The notes: generated by a model from the letters alone, not told the origin. A stretch of 64,000 bases of DNA from an uncultured Gammaproteobacteria bacterium (GCA_964427735.1 CAYRUS010000001.1:290173-354172); one strand, 5' to 3'; numbered from the stretch's first letter, positions 38,806-48,197 are shown. A program made the numbers and translations.

Positions 38806-40074
38806 CTAGCTTTTATCAGCAAATTTTATTCTAAAGGTTGTTCCTTTCCCTTTTTCAGATTCAAGCTCGATCTCTCCATGATAAGACAAAACCACAAGTT
38901 TTGTGATAAACAAACCAAGTCCTACCTTTTCAAAGTTCTGAGGCGGATATTCTGTATAATATGCCGTCGTTTGGAAAAAAGGTTTAAATATATTTTCTAA
39001 ATTCACCTCACCTATTCCCATCCCAGTATCTGAAATTTCTATAACTAAAAATCCCTCTTCTAAATAAGTTTTTATTTTAACTTCTCCGTCTAAACTTCCA
39101 AATTTTATAGCATTACTAATAACCTCCCTAATAGCAACTGATAGTAATGTTTTATCAAAATCATATTCACCTAAGACTTCCTCTGGATAGAATGAAATTT
39201 GGATTAACTTTTCTTCTGCTTCCAATTCGAAATCTTCAATTATAGATTCAATTAATTCGTTTATGTTTATTTTTTTATTTTTTATTTCAAATTTATTATT
39301 AATAAAATCTGATATAAATACTAACTTCTCGATTAAAGTCTCAAGGTCGACGGCGGATTGATTTATAACACTAATGTGATTTTTAACTTTCTTATCTTTG
39401 CTTGTTAAACCTTGCAGGTCATTTTCTAAAGTCTCCAAGTGTCCTTTAATCAAAACAAGTGGGGTATTTAGGTAATATGAAGTCAGTGTTATAAACTGAT
39501 TCTTTAAGGTATTTAATTGAAATAATTTATCCCTGACTTCAAATTGATAAGATATCTGCTTTCCAATGCTGCGGTCGACTATAACTATCAAAATGTAGGC
39601 TATTGTATAAAATATAAATTGTCCTAAATATCCTTCGTATGGATTATAATTATTCAAAAATAAAGCTATTCCAACAAAAGAAAGCAAAGCAAAAAAACTT
39701 AAGACTATGGTTGCCCTTACACCAAGTTGAAATAGTGTAAGTAATAAAATTAGATATGGACCAAACTGAGCAACACTTTGAAATCCACCTGTTAGTGCCA
39801 TAAAGACAGCGGCCAATATCTGAGTTTCTATTATAAAAAGCAAAAACCAATACTCTACTTTTTCAGAATCTATAGTTAAGTAATAAAAGGGAGCAGTGAC
39901 AAGAAATATAAATGGAGTAATTACAATTAAATCCTTAAATGGAGTTGTATTAGGCAATGATAAAGCATATATATTTGTAGCAACGCTTCCAACAATAAAT
40001 AACGTTATATGAAACCTGAATAATTTTCTGGTTTTATCTCTTCCCCACAATGGATACAACTTCGGCAATTTCAT
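38806..40074 (-). CDS. polytopic membrane sensor histidine kinase-like protein with a degenerate H-box
   Basis: HATPase_c G-boxes (DTGMGIG, GLGLFITK...GKGTTFRIKF); the H-box reads SYYLNTPL where SHELRTPL is expected. Confidence 0.75.
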   Translation of the reverse strand: MKLPKLYPLWGRDKTRKLFRFHITLFIVGSVATNIYALSLPNTTPFKDLIVITPFIFLVTAPFYYLTIDSEKVEYWFLLFIIETQILAAVFMALTGGFQSVAQFGPYLILLLTLFQLGVRATIVLSFFALLSFVGIALFLNNYNPYEGYLGQFIFYTIAYILIVIVDRSIGKQISYQFEVRDKLFQLNTLKNQFITLTSYYLNTPLVLIKGHLETLENDLQGLTSKDKKVKNHISVINQSAVDLETLIEKLVFISDFINNKFEIKNKKININELIESIIEDFELEAEEKLIQISFYPEEVLGEYDFDKTLLSVAIREVISNAIKFGSLDGEVKIKTYLEEGFLVIEISDTGMGIGEVNLENIFKPFFQTTAYYTEYPPQNFEKVGLGLFITKLVVLSYHGEIELESEKGKGTTFRIKFADKS

Positions 40075-40150
40075 TCAAAACACCTTACCTCTAGCTGTAT
40101 TCTATAGTATCAAAATTAGAATTATGTAAGAATATTTAACAAAGAAAAAA

Positions 40151-40270
40151 TTATTTTTTCTTTTTTTCATTTGCTAAAAATTTCATTAAAAATGCAGCTA
40201 TAGCACCAACTAATGCAGTAACTTCCAAAATCCTTAGTAGACTAGATTTCTTCTTTTTCTTGGCAGCCAT
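40151..40270 (-). CDS. small membrane protein MAAKKKKKSSLLRILEVTALVGAIAAFLMKFLANEKKKK (39 aa)
   Basis: GGAGGTG Shine-Dalgarno 8 nt upstream; one TM helix; absent from the ORF track. Confidence 0.45.
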   Translation of the reverse strand: MAAKKKKKSSLLRILEVTALVGAIAAFLMKFLANEKKKK

Positions 40271-40375
40271 CAAAAAAACACCTCCAATTCTTAATTAAGT
40301 ATAACTTTTAAAAATAACCTCGTCACTAGCGAATTGAATAAAAACTTCTGAAGACTATAATCCAAAACCAAATGT

Positions 40376-40626
40376 GCGGGATGGGTGGGACTTGCACCCA
40401 CCATGCTGGCGTCCTCGGGCTCGTTTTAACCTCTATCCCAAAAAACTCTGCTGCATCACTATGTAGCAGAATAAACAACTATAAATTGATGTTGTTAAAA
40501 ACTTATGAGACAGATTTTAAGGTTCCGAAATGCCTAGAATATCCGGCCGATTATCCCAGAGGCTTTCATAAAAGACAGGCTGCGCTTTCCCATCTTTTGG
40601 CGGCGATCTAACACCGCTTCACCCCG
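40376..40626 (-). ncRNA. candidate structured RNA, tmRNA-like (tRNA-like 5'/3' end pairing plus a T-arm-like hairpin)
   Basis: GC-rich island in an AT-rich genome. The 5' CGGGGUG pairs with the 3' CAUCCCG (7 bp, one G-U). The preceding 3'-side hairpin is GGUGGG-UGCAAGU-CCCACC. An internal hairpin UCUGCU...AGCAGA carries tandem stops UAG-UGA in its loop. There is no credible protein ORF on this strand. Confidence 0.35.
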
Positions 40627-40667
40627 TAAATTTATACTATCATAAATTGTCAATAAAAATCTATATT

Positions 40668-41054
40668 TTATTTTTCCAGGCTATAAAACACCTTGACCAA
40701 TAAAAAAAGAAGCCAAAAAGTAAAAACAAGCATTATAACCATAGAAAAATAAGAGAATCTCAACATATTCTGGAACCTAAAATTAGAAAACAAAATTACG
40801 TTTGTAAAAGTATAGATAACAAAAATTTCTAAAAATGAAATCAAGGCATATTTTGTAATTTTTAAATAATTTAGATTCTTTAAAATATTTTTATCAATTT
40901 TTGTATATGGAGTCTCTACGTATGCATACCAAAAATAAATAAATATGATAAAGACAGAAAAGATAATTAATCCGGTCACTTTAAAACTAATACCTAGATA
41001 CAAAAAAGGAAGTACGAAAATTGCCAATCCAATCCCGAGGAATTTCTTTGTCAT
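40668..41054 (-). CDS. hypothetical polytopic membrane protein
   Basis: 128 aa with 4 predicted TM helices. Confidence 0.5.
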   Translation of the reverse strand: MTKKFLGIGLAIFVLPFLYLGISFKVTGLIIFSVFIIFIYFWYAYVETPYTKIDKNILKNLNYLKITKYALISFLEIFVIYTFTNVILFSNFRFQNMLRFSYFSMVIMLVFTFWLLFLLVKVFYSLEK

Positions 41055-41285
41055 GGTAATATTTTTATATTAACACAATTAAGAACAGTTTATGAAAAAT
41101 TCCAACAAATTATCGACTATTACTTTCTTCTTACCGTTTTGTTATACGGTATATATAAATAAAGAAGATTATATGTATGTAGTAATAAAAAGCTACAAAG
41201 GTTCGCCTTACGTTTGCGGTAACAAAAAGCAGGTCAAAAACAGCAACAAAACCCTCTGAGGAGGGTTTTGTTGTATTATAGAATT

Positions 41286-41729
41286 ATGAAGAAAGTTTTA
41301 TTATTAATTGCAGGAGTAATAATTTTTTTCCTATTTGTAGGAGCAGGTTTTTGGGTATTTAAATTATTTCAACCACCTGCTCCAACAGCCCCAACCACAC
41401 CAAATGACGCAGATATCGTTTTGGCACCTACAGAAGTTGAGGATCTCAATACTACACAAAATGAAGAAGAAGCTATGCTAGGAAATCTTGCAATTATAAA
41501 CATCGAAAATGGCCAACCTCAGGAAAAATCAATCATAATAAATGACGGTGATACAGTTATGTGGCTTAATCGTGACGAAACTAAAATTCATTTTGAAGGA
41601 TTAGACGATTCAGTTAATATTGACGCTTACACTTCTTATACAAAAACAATTATTGCTCCAGGAACATATACATATACACTAGAAAGCGACTCCGGGACTG
41701 CCCAAGGAGAAATAATCGTAGAAGATTAA
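41286..41729 (+). CDS. secreted/membrane-anchored hypothetical protein
   Basis: MKKVLLLIAGVIIFFLFVGAG signal anchor; beta-rich C-terminus; ATG at 41286 preferred over the TTG at 41268. Confidence 0.5.
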   Translation: MKKVLLLIAGVIIFFLFVGAGFWVFKLFQPPAPTAPTTPNDADIVLAPTEVEDLNTTQNEEEAMLGNLAIINIENGQPQEKSIIINDGDTVMWLNRDETKIHFEGLDDSVNIDAYTSYTKTIIAPGTYTYTLESDSGTAQGEIIVED

Positions 41730-41781
41730 ATAATTGGAAGAAATCTTTAGCCTTTGACCTCTACTCCGACGATAAATTTTT

Positions 41782-42372
41782 ATGAAAAATAAAATGATAC
41801 AAATACAAAAGGTCAAAGATAAAGTTTTAAATCTAAAAGACTCCCCGTTTTATAAATTTAGAATTAAAAACAAATACCAGCCAGTTCTTGGTGAAGGTAA
41901 TTTGAATTCTAAAATCATGTTTGTAGGAGAAGCACCAGGAGAAAAAGAAGCCATTCAAGGTAAACCTTTTGTTGGTTTAGCAGGAAAGCTACTAGATACA
42001 TTGTTAGAAACTGCAGAATTAAAAAGAAATGATATATACATAACTAGTGTTGTACTAGATAGACCCCCCGGCAATAAAACTCCCTCTAAAAAGGAGTCAA
42101 ACGATTATGTGCCATTTCTTTTTGAACAAATTAATATAATCAAGCCTAAAATAATAGTGTTACTTGGTAAAATTGCTATTGAAACAGTTTTTCAGCACTT
42201 TGGAATTAGAAAAGTTGAATCTTTAAATAAAATCCATGGAAAAACATATAAAGTTAAAGCAGATTATGGAAACATAAAACTTATTCCTTTTTATCATCCT
42301 GCGGCTGCTTTTTATAACAGAAAATTAATGGATGTCATGGAAAAGGATTTTAAAAAATTAAAATCAATTTGA
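41782..42372 (+). CDS. uracil-DNA glycosylase superfamily protein (family 4/5-like)
   Basis: GEGNLNSKIMFVGEAPGEKE and HP motifs typical of the UDG fold; no Fe-S cysteines. Confidence 0.7.
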   Translation: MKNKMIQIQKVKDKVLNLKDSPFYKFRIKNKYQPVLGEGNLNSKIMFVGEAPGEKEAIQGKPFVGLAGKLLDTLLETAELKRNDIYITSVVLDRPPGNKTPSKKESNDYVPFLFEQINIIKPKIIVLLGKIAIETVFQHFGIRKVESLNKIHGKTYKVKADYGNIKLIPFYHPAAAFYNRKLMDVMEKDFKKLKSI

Positions 42373-42775
42373 TTGCTCAACTGAAGCTGCATAACCTACA
42401 GAAGTATTGATTGTTGTTGTAAATACTTCAGCAAAAAAAAGTAGAAGGAATAGTATTACTATTTTTACTGCGATAACCCTCATGGGATTAAATATAAATC
42501 TAGCTTGATAAACAATAAAAGTCAAGCACAATTAAAGGGTGAAATTAATCAATTAAATAATAAAAATTTAAAAGATAAATCTGGGAGCTTCAAAAAGACC
42601 GGGAGAAAGACCATGCGAGTAAACTCACCCAGTCGATACGTCCAAGACGATTAACCCGGTAAGCAAATTATACAAAAACGCATTTGCAATGACAATACTT
42701 TGACTTTATTCAAATAAACTTTAATTTGACCCTTGATATGGTTTTTGTTTTTTTGATACAGTAGTAAAGTTAACC

Positions 42776-43237
42776 ATGAATGATAATAACAACGAAGATC
42801 AAAACTTGGATATCCTAGATGAACAAACAGAAGAGAATCAATCACTAGCTACGCTCCAAAGTGTGGAATCTATGATCAACTCCCATCTAACTAGAATTGA
42901 AAGAATTAGAAATGACATTAAGCCAATAAGAGAAATGGTAAGAGATTATTTGGAAAATGACGAAGGATACAGAGAATTATCAGAAATCACAAAAAAGGCA
43001 AGCAAAGAAAAAGGAGCAAGGAAAAAGGAATTAATGAACGAACCTGCAGGTAAAAATATCCAAGAAAAACTGGATGCACTTACAGAAGAATTAAAAGATT
43101 CCCAAGAGGCTCTTTCTACTTACCTTGATCAATACAGAAATTTAACCGGAGCTAACGAATATGAAGGACCGGATGGCGAGCTTAGACAAATTGTATACTC
43201 TGCAAAACTAGTAAGGAAAACAAACCTCAATAGATAA
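42776..43237 (+). CDS. hypothetical acidic coiled-coil protein
   Basis: 153-aa ORF. Confidence 0.45.
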   Translation: MNDNNNEDQNLDILDEQTEENQSLATLQSVESMINSHLTRIERIRNDIKPIREMVRDYLENDEGYRELSEITKKASKEKGARKKELMNEPAGKNIQEKLDALTEELKDSQEALSTYLDQYRNLTGANEYEGPDGELRQIVYSAKLVRKTNLNR

Positions 43238-44065
43238 TTAACTGCTTAGTGCAATCTCTGCCGAGCTGCAAAGTCTGTGCCCACCCAAATCCCACCAAAT
43301 CTGCAAAGTATCTTTCCTATTATCTTTTGCTTCAAAGTATATGTCTGCCCATTGTGCATATCTTTCAACCTCATTTACTTTTGCAAGAGCTCTGCTTCTT
43401 GTTCTCCATAGTCCGCTTCTGTGGTTTACTAAATATGTATAAAACTGACTTCTTGTGATTTTTCCCCCTATATAGTCTCTAGCCTTGCCTCCACCGTTAT
43501 ATCCTGCCATTGCTGCTTTAACATCACCATGTGCAAGTTTTAATTCAGTTTTTAGTACTTTTCCAGGACCTTTTGCCATGCTCACATTTGGGTCAAATGG
43601 ATTTTGACCATCCAAGTTTGCTCCAGTTACTTGAAAAAGTCCTCTCACTCCGGTAGCACTTACAGCATTAGGATTTCCACATGACTCTATTTGCATTACT
43701 GTTGCGATTAAATCTGGATCCATATCATGTTCTTCTCCCCACCTGCAGACATCTTCTTCCCAATGCTTTACCTGATCAGTAAATGAGTCAGATAATTTAC
43801 ACTCTGGTTCTTCCTCCACTTCTTCTCTTGAATAAGCAATTGCACCAAGTTCTTGCTTTATTGGTTCTACAATTGGAGACAAAAGATCTTTATTTTTTTG
43901 TTCACTTAATTCAGAAAATAAAGACTCTGCGTGGATCTGAACAGTTGTCACAGAAAGAGAAGTTATAAAAGTAAATATAAATACAAAGAGTTTTTTCAAA
44001 AACTCTTTCTTTCTAAAAAGGTCGAGCAGGTACGCTTTTAACATGCGAAATGGGATTATACACAA
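43238..44065 (-). CDS. lytic transglycosylase, SLT domain
   Basis: IMQIESCGNPNAVSATGVRGLFQV catalytic ES...G.GL.Q motif; signal anchor. Confidence 0.8.
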   Translation of the reverse strand: MCIIPFRMLKAYLLDLFRKKEFLKKLFVFIFTFITSLSVTTVQIHAESLFSELSEQKNKDLLSPIVEPIKQELGAIAYSREEVEEEPECKLSDSFTDQVKHWEEDVCRWGEEHDMDPDLIATVMQIESCGNPNAVSATGVRGLFQVTGANLDGQNPFDPNVSMAKGPGKVLKTELKLAHGDVKAAMAGYNGGGKARDYIGGKITRSQFYTYLVNHRSGLWRTRSRALAKVNEVERYAQWADIYFEAKDNRKDTLQIWWDLGGHRLCSSAEIALSS

Positions 44066-44295
44066 AGGAAGCTATTTGTAAAGCTTGTGTAAGATATATG
44101 TTAAAAGCAGATTGGTGTCTATTATCCTCTAATTTCTCTGTCTATACACAAATAAGTTATCATTTACATCCCATTATTAATATTAAGCGGCTTAAAGAAA
44201 TTTCCTCAAAAATCAAGATTTCTTACAAAAGAAGTTGGAGAGTTTTTACTGCTAAATTCATAATTAAAGCCAAATTTGATATAATTGGGGTTCAT

Positions 44296-44600
44296 TGCCG
44301 GATCGTCTAATGGCCCGCCCGCAACGCCTGAGCCGGCTAGCGATGGCGGGTAATACTTAATGTTTTATACTTATGTATTAATAAGCGAAAAAGATAATAA
44401 ATATTACATAGGTTGGACAAATAATTTAAAGCAAAGGATATATAAACATAGATCAGGCAAGGTAAGAGCAACAAAAGGTCACTTACCTGTACAGCTTGTA
44501 TATTATGAAGCTTGCCAAAATAAGGAAAAAGCTATTAAAAGAGAAAAATATTTTAAGACAGGGTTTGGAAGAAGATTCTTAAAAGCCAGAATATAAACAA
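44296..44600 (+). mobile_element. putative insertion bounded by a duplicated tRNA-Gln 5' segment, carrying a GC hairpin and a GIY-YIG nuclease ORF
   Basis: TGCCGGATCGTCTAATGG at 44296-44313 is identical to tRNA-Gln nt 1-18 at 44601-44618; the flanks are also similar (CATTGCC versus CAATGCC). Confidence 0.35.
44360..44596 (+). CDS. small GIY-YIG nuclease family protein (YhbQ/COG2827-like)
   Basis: YTYVLISEKDNKYYIGWTNNLKQRIYKH GIY-YIG motif; 78 aa. Confidence 0.75.
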   Translation: MFYTYVLISEKDNKYYIGWTNNLKQRIYKHRSGKVRATKGHLPVQLVYYEACQNKEKAIKREKYFKTGFGRRFLKARI

Positions 44601-44671
44601 TGCCGGATCGTCTAATGGTAGGACGTCGCTCTCTGGAAGCGAAAATTGGGGTTCGAATCCCTGTCCGGCAG
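44601..44671 (+). tRNA. tRNA-Gln (anticodon CUG), no encoded CCA
   Basis: U1-A72 acceptor TGCCGGA/TCCGGCA, 3-bp D-stem, anticodon stem TCGCT/AGCGA with loop CTCTGGA, T-loop TTCGAAT. Confidence 0.8.
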
Positions 44672-44809
44672 CTTACATATGGCATTCTCTAAGTACTCGC
44701 TTTACATAATACGATAATCAAGTTGCAAGACTTAACCCATCTCCTCTAACTTTCATTAATCATACAAAACCTTAATCTTTCTCATCCACAAACTCCCTAC
44801 AATTTTTAT

Positions 44810-45427
44810 ATGAACGTAACGATTATTGGTGCAGGAAATATGGGCAACGGAATCGGTACACGGATAGTTGCCGGAGGACATAATCTGGAAATCATTGACA
44901 AAGATAGCGAAAAAGCAAAAGAAGCGGCAGAAAAACTAGGGGAAAATGCAAAAGCAGCAAACGCCGTGAATGGCGAGGTTGTCGTCCTGGCACTTCCCTA
45001 TCCAGTTATCCCGGATGTGATTGAAGAATACAAAGATCAGCTTTCCGGAAAAATAGTTGTAGATATTTCAAACCCTGTCGATTTTGATACTTTTGAACTA
45101 ATTCCTCCATCTGACAGTTCCGGTGCTGAGGAAATCGGGAAACTTCTCCCCGCTGACAGCAAATTAGTAAAAGCATTCAATACAACATTTGCAGGAACTC
45201 TATTAGATGGTGAGGTAGACGGCGAAAAGCTTGATGTGTTTATCGCATCAGACAACAAAGAGGCAGGCGAAACTATTGTAGAGCTTGCTGATGATGGAGG
45301 ATTAAGAGGTATTTATGTTGGTCCTTTAAAAATGGCAGGAATTTTAGAAGGAATGCAGTTAATTCAGATGAGTTTACAGGAAAAACTTGGTACAAACTGG
45401 ATGAGTGCGATTAAAATATTACCTTAA
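44810..45427 (+). CDS. NADP-dependent oxidoreductase of the F420-dependent NADP reductase/ProC-like family
   Basis: IIGAGNMGNGIG Rossmann motif; 205 aa; locally higher GC. Confidence 0.7.
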   Translation: MNVTIIGAGNMGNGIGTRIVAGGHNLEIIDKDSEKAKEAAEKLGENAKAANAVNGEVVVLALPYPVIPDVIEEYKDQLSGKIVVDISNPVDFDTFELIPPSDSSGAEEIGKLLPADSKLVKAFNTTFAGTLLDGEVDGEKLDVFIASDNKEAGETIVELADDGGLRGIYVGPLKMAGILEGMQLIQMSLQEKLGTNWMSAIKILP

Positions 45428-45429
45428 TT

Positions 45430-46182
45430 ATGAGTGAACTAAAGGACAAAGTAGCAATAGTGACAGGAGCGGGTTCCGGAATAGGAAGGGAGATTGCACT
45501 TTTGTATGCTGCAAATGGTGCAAAGGTTGTAGTATCTGATATAGACAAAGAAGCTGGAGAAAAAGTAGTCGATGAGATTACGGAGAAAGAAGGTGCAGCA
45601 CTTTTTGTAAAAGCAGATGTTGCCAACCCCGAAGAATCTGAAAACCTGGTAAAACAAACTGTAAAACAATTTGGAGGATTGCATATTGCCTGTAACAATG
45701 CAGGAATCGGTGGACCGCTTGCTCCAACAGCAGAATACCCACTTGATGGATGGGAAAAAGTAATCAGCATAAATCTTTCCGGTGTTTTTTATGGAATGCG
45801 CTATCAAATACCAGAGCTATTAAATAGCGGCGGGGGATGTATTGTAAATATGGCATCTGTTTTGGGTATGGTAGGTACTAAAAACTCCCCTGCTTATGTT
45901 GCTACAAAGCATGGAGTGGTAGGACTTACAAAAACTGCAGCTTTAGAATATGCAGATCAAAATATCCGGATTAATTCAGTAGGTCCGGGATATATAAAAA
46001 CACCTCTTGTTACTGAGTCTTTGGGCAAAGACGAGTTAGATGCACTTGTTGATTTACACCCTATTGGCAGGCTTGGTGAGGATAATGAAATAGCAGAAAT
46101 AGTTTTATGGTTGAGTACTTCTAAAGCATCTTTTGTAACTGGTTCATATTTTGCAGTTGATGGAGGGTATCTTGCACAGTAA
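45430..46182 (+). CDS. short-chain dehydrogenase/reductase (SDR)
   Basis: TGAGSGIGREIA cofactor motif and the catalytic YxxxK motif YVATK. Confidence 0.9.
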   Translation: MSELKDKVAIVTGAGSGIGREIALLYAANGAKVVVSDIDKEAGEKVVDEITEKEGAALFVKADVANPEESENLVKQTVKQFGGLHIACNNAGIGGPLAPTAEYPLDGWEKVISINLSGVFYGMRYQIPELLNSGGGCIVNMASVLGMVGTKNSPAYVATKHGVVGLTKTAALEYADQNIRINSVGPGYIKTPLVTESLGKDELDALVDLHPIGRLGEDNEIAEIVLWLSTSKASFVTGSYFAVDGGYLAQ

Positions 46183-46212
46183 AGTATAAGTAACCATAAA
46201 CATGATTATTCA

Positions 46213-46788
46213 ATGGATAATATAACTATACTAGGGTTTGGTGGAAGCCTAAGAGAAGGGTCTTTTAGCAGAGAGCTGCTTGAGGCAGGATATATTCTGG
46301 ATGCAGCCTACGATGTCTGTCCAAAAGATGTAACCTTAGAAGTTTTTGATGGGATTGAAGAATTCCCTGCCTATAGCCAGGACTTGGAAGAACACATGCC
46401 CGATGTAATAAAAGAATTTAAAAGAAAAATAAAAGCAGCTGATGCCATACTCATTGCAACTCCAGAGTATAATTATTCAATACCGGGATACTTGAAAAAT
46501 GCAATTGATTGGGCAACTAGACCCTACGGTGACAACAGTTTTAACGACAAGCCTGGAGCAATCGTCAGTGCAAGCCCCGGAAGATTCGGAGGGATAAAAG
46601 CACAGTATGCTTTGAGACAAACCTGTGTGTTTTTAAACCTGCATTTGTTAAATAAACCGGAAGTCGCGGTTACTTCGGTTCATGAAAAAATAAAAAATGG
46701 AAAGTTAACAGATGAAAAAACAGTAGAAAAAATGCAGGAATTGATGCAAGAGCTTTGTGCTTGGACGAGAAGAATATCGATAAAATGA
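46213..46788 (+). CDS. NADPH-dependent FMN reductase family protein
   Basis: ILGFGGSLREGSFSR...ATPEYNYSIPGYLKNAIDW flavodoxin-like fold motifs. Confidence 0.85.
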   Translation: MDNITILGFGGSLREGSFSRELLEAGYILDAAYDVCPKDVTLEVFDGIEEFPAYSQDLEEHMPDVIKEFKRKIKAADAILIATPEYNYSIPGYLKNAIDWATRPYGDNSFNDKPGAIVSASPGRFGGIKAQYALRQTCVFLNLHLLNKPEVAVTSVHEKIKNGKLTDEKTVEKMQELMQELCAWTRRISIK

Positions 46789-47048
46789 AAATTTGTACAC
46801 ACATTCAACAAGCTGAAGAAAATGTACAACCAAACACTCCGGAAGGTTGTGAGGAATGCCTTCAGGTGGGAGACGATTGGGTTCATCTTCGTCTTTGTCT
46901 TACCTGTGGACACGTAGGTTGTTGTGATAATTCCAAAAATAAACATGCTACAAAACATTTTCATACTACAAAACACCCCGTTATTAAATCTTTCGAGCCG
47001 GCAGAAAATTGGAAATGGTGTTATATCGAGGAAATTATGGCAGAGTAA
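46785..47048 (+). CDS. UBP-type zinc-finger protein
   Basis: C-x-H ... C-x2-C ... W-x-C-L-x-C-G-x-V-G-C ... H ... H pattern; ATGA overlap with the upstream stop. Confidence 0.6.
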   Translation: MKICTHIQQAEENVQPNTPEGCEECLQVGDDWVHLRLCLTCGHVGCCDNSKNKHATKHFHTTKHPVIKSFEPAENWKWCYIEEIMAE

Positions 47049-47234
47049 CGTGTGCTGCACAACAAAAGCAAAACAGCCAACATTACCTGTTTTTACTATA
47101 CGAATAATAAAGATAACCCTTAAAACTCAATCCGGATTTACTCGCTTTATCATTGCAGGTTCAATAGTGATCTGTTAACGTGTTCTTACATTACTGTAAC
47201 GATACTCGTTTACAACTTTAGCTATACTCAACAA

Positions 47235-48197
47235 ATGACACAGGGAATTCATCACATCACAGCTATTGCCTCAGACGCACAAAAAACAATTAATTTTTAT
47301 ACAAACATTTTAGGCTTACGACTTGTCAAAAGAACTGTCAATCAGGATGATGTTGGTACATATCACCTGTTTTTTGGAGACAGGCTTGGACATCCCGGAA
47401 TGGATCTGACCTTTTTCATTTTTCGTCCCACAATGCAGGGAAAAAACGGAAATGGTCTTGTTACAAAAATTTCTCTTACTGTACCTGAAGAATCGCTCGA
47501 TTTTTGGTCACAGCGTTTTGAAAAGTTTAATATTAAGCACAATAAAATAAACGAGAGTTTTGGCAGGAAAAGAATTGGCTTTTCTGATTTTGATGATTTA
47601 CAGCTGGAACTTGTAGGTCTCCCGGAGAAAGAGATTGAAGAAAATGCGGATATATGGGAGACCAAAGAGATAACTAAAGAGAATGCAATAAGAAGTTTTT
47701 ATTCTGCGACACTAAGTGTGTCTGATTTAAGTTTTATTGATCCGGTACTAAAACATGTTTATAACTATGAACAAATCCACAAAGACGGCTTCACTTATTT
47801 ATACAAAGTAGCAAGCTCCACAAGGGCAAATATTCTTGAGGTGGTTGCAGATAAATCTGTTGATACTGGAGTACAGGGGGCAGGAGTCGTCCATCATATA
47901 GCTTTTAGGGCAAAAGATGAGAACGAGCAGCGAGAGTTTACGCAAAATGCTCTGAAAATCGGCCTTTACCCCACTCAAGTTATAGACAGGTTTTACTTTA
48001 AATCGGTCTATTTCCGGACACCGGCAGGAATTCTTTTTGAGACAGCAACAGACGAACCCGGATTTACTGCTGATGAGAGCGAAGATGCTCTTGGGGAAAG
48101 ATTAGCTCTCCCTCCTTTTTTGGAAGGTGAAAGGGAAGTGATAGAAAAAAATCTTCCCCCAATTTCTTTTGATTCAATCGCTCTGTATGAACAATAA
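47235..48197 (+). CDS. VOC-family ring-cleaving (extradiol-type) dioxygenase with two glyoxalase-like domains
   Basis: GIHHITAIASDAQKTINFYTNILGL and a second VHHIAFRAKDE module; 320 aa. Confidence 0.8.
   Translation: MTQGIHHITAIASDAQKTINFYTNILGLRLVKRTVNQDDVGTYHLFFGDRLGHPGMDLTFFIFRPTMQGKNGNGLVTKISLTVPEESLDFWSQRFEKFNIKHNKINESFGRKRIGFSDFDDLQLELVGLPEKEIEENADIWETKEITKENAIRSFYSATLSVSDLSFIDPVLKHVYNYEQIHKDGFTYLYKVASSTRANILEVVADKSVDTGVQGAGVVHHIAFRAKDENEQREFTQNALKIGLYPTQVIDRFYFKSVYFRTPAGILFETATDEPGFTADESEDALGERLALPPFLEGEREVIEKNLPPISFDSIALYEQ

Noticed and set aside
40372-40611. 79-aa plus-strand ORF in the GC-rich gap
   Set aside because: Lies antisense to the candidate structured RNA. Composition-driven ORF with no start context. 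A canonical 73-nt tRNA reading of 40372-40447 was also tested and rejected because the internal region is too short for D and anticodon arms.
42364-42483. 39-aa hydrophobic minus-strand ORF overlapping the UDG stop
   Set aside because: No Shine-Dalgarno or -10 context. Likely chance.
44050-44310. 86-aa plus-strand ORF upstream of the GIY-YIG gene
   Set aside because: Spans the promoter region of the divergent SLT gene and runs into the duplicated tRNA segment. No motif support.
45411-45807. Two minus-strand ORFs (119 and 122 aa)
   Set aside because: Antisense to the SDR gene. Low-complexity translations.
46680-47060. 126-aa minus-strand ORF
   Set aside because: Antisense to the FMN reductase and zf-UBP genes.
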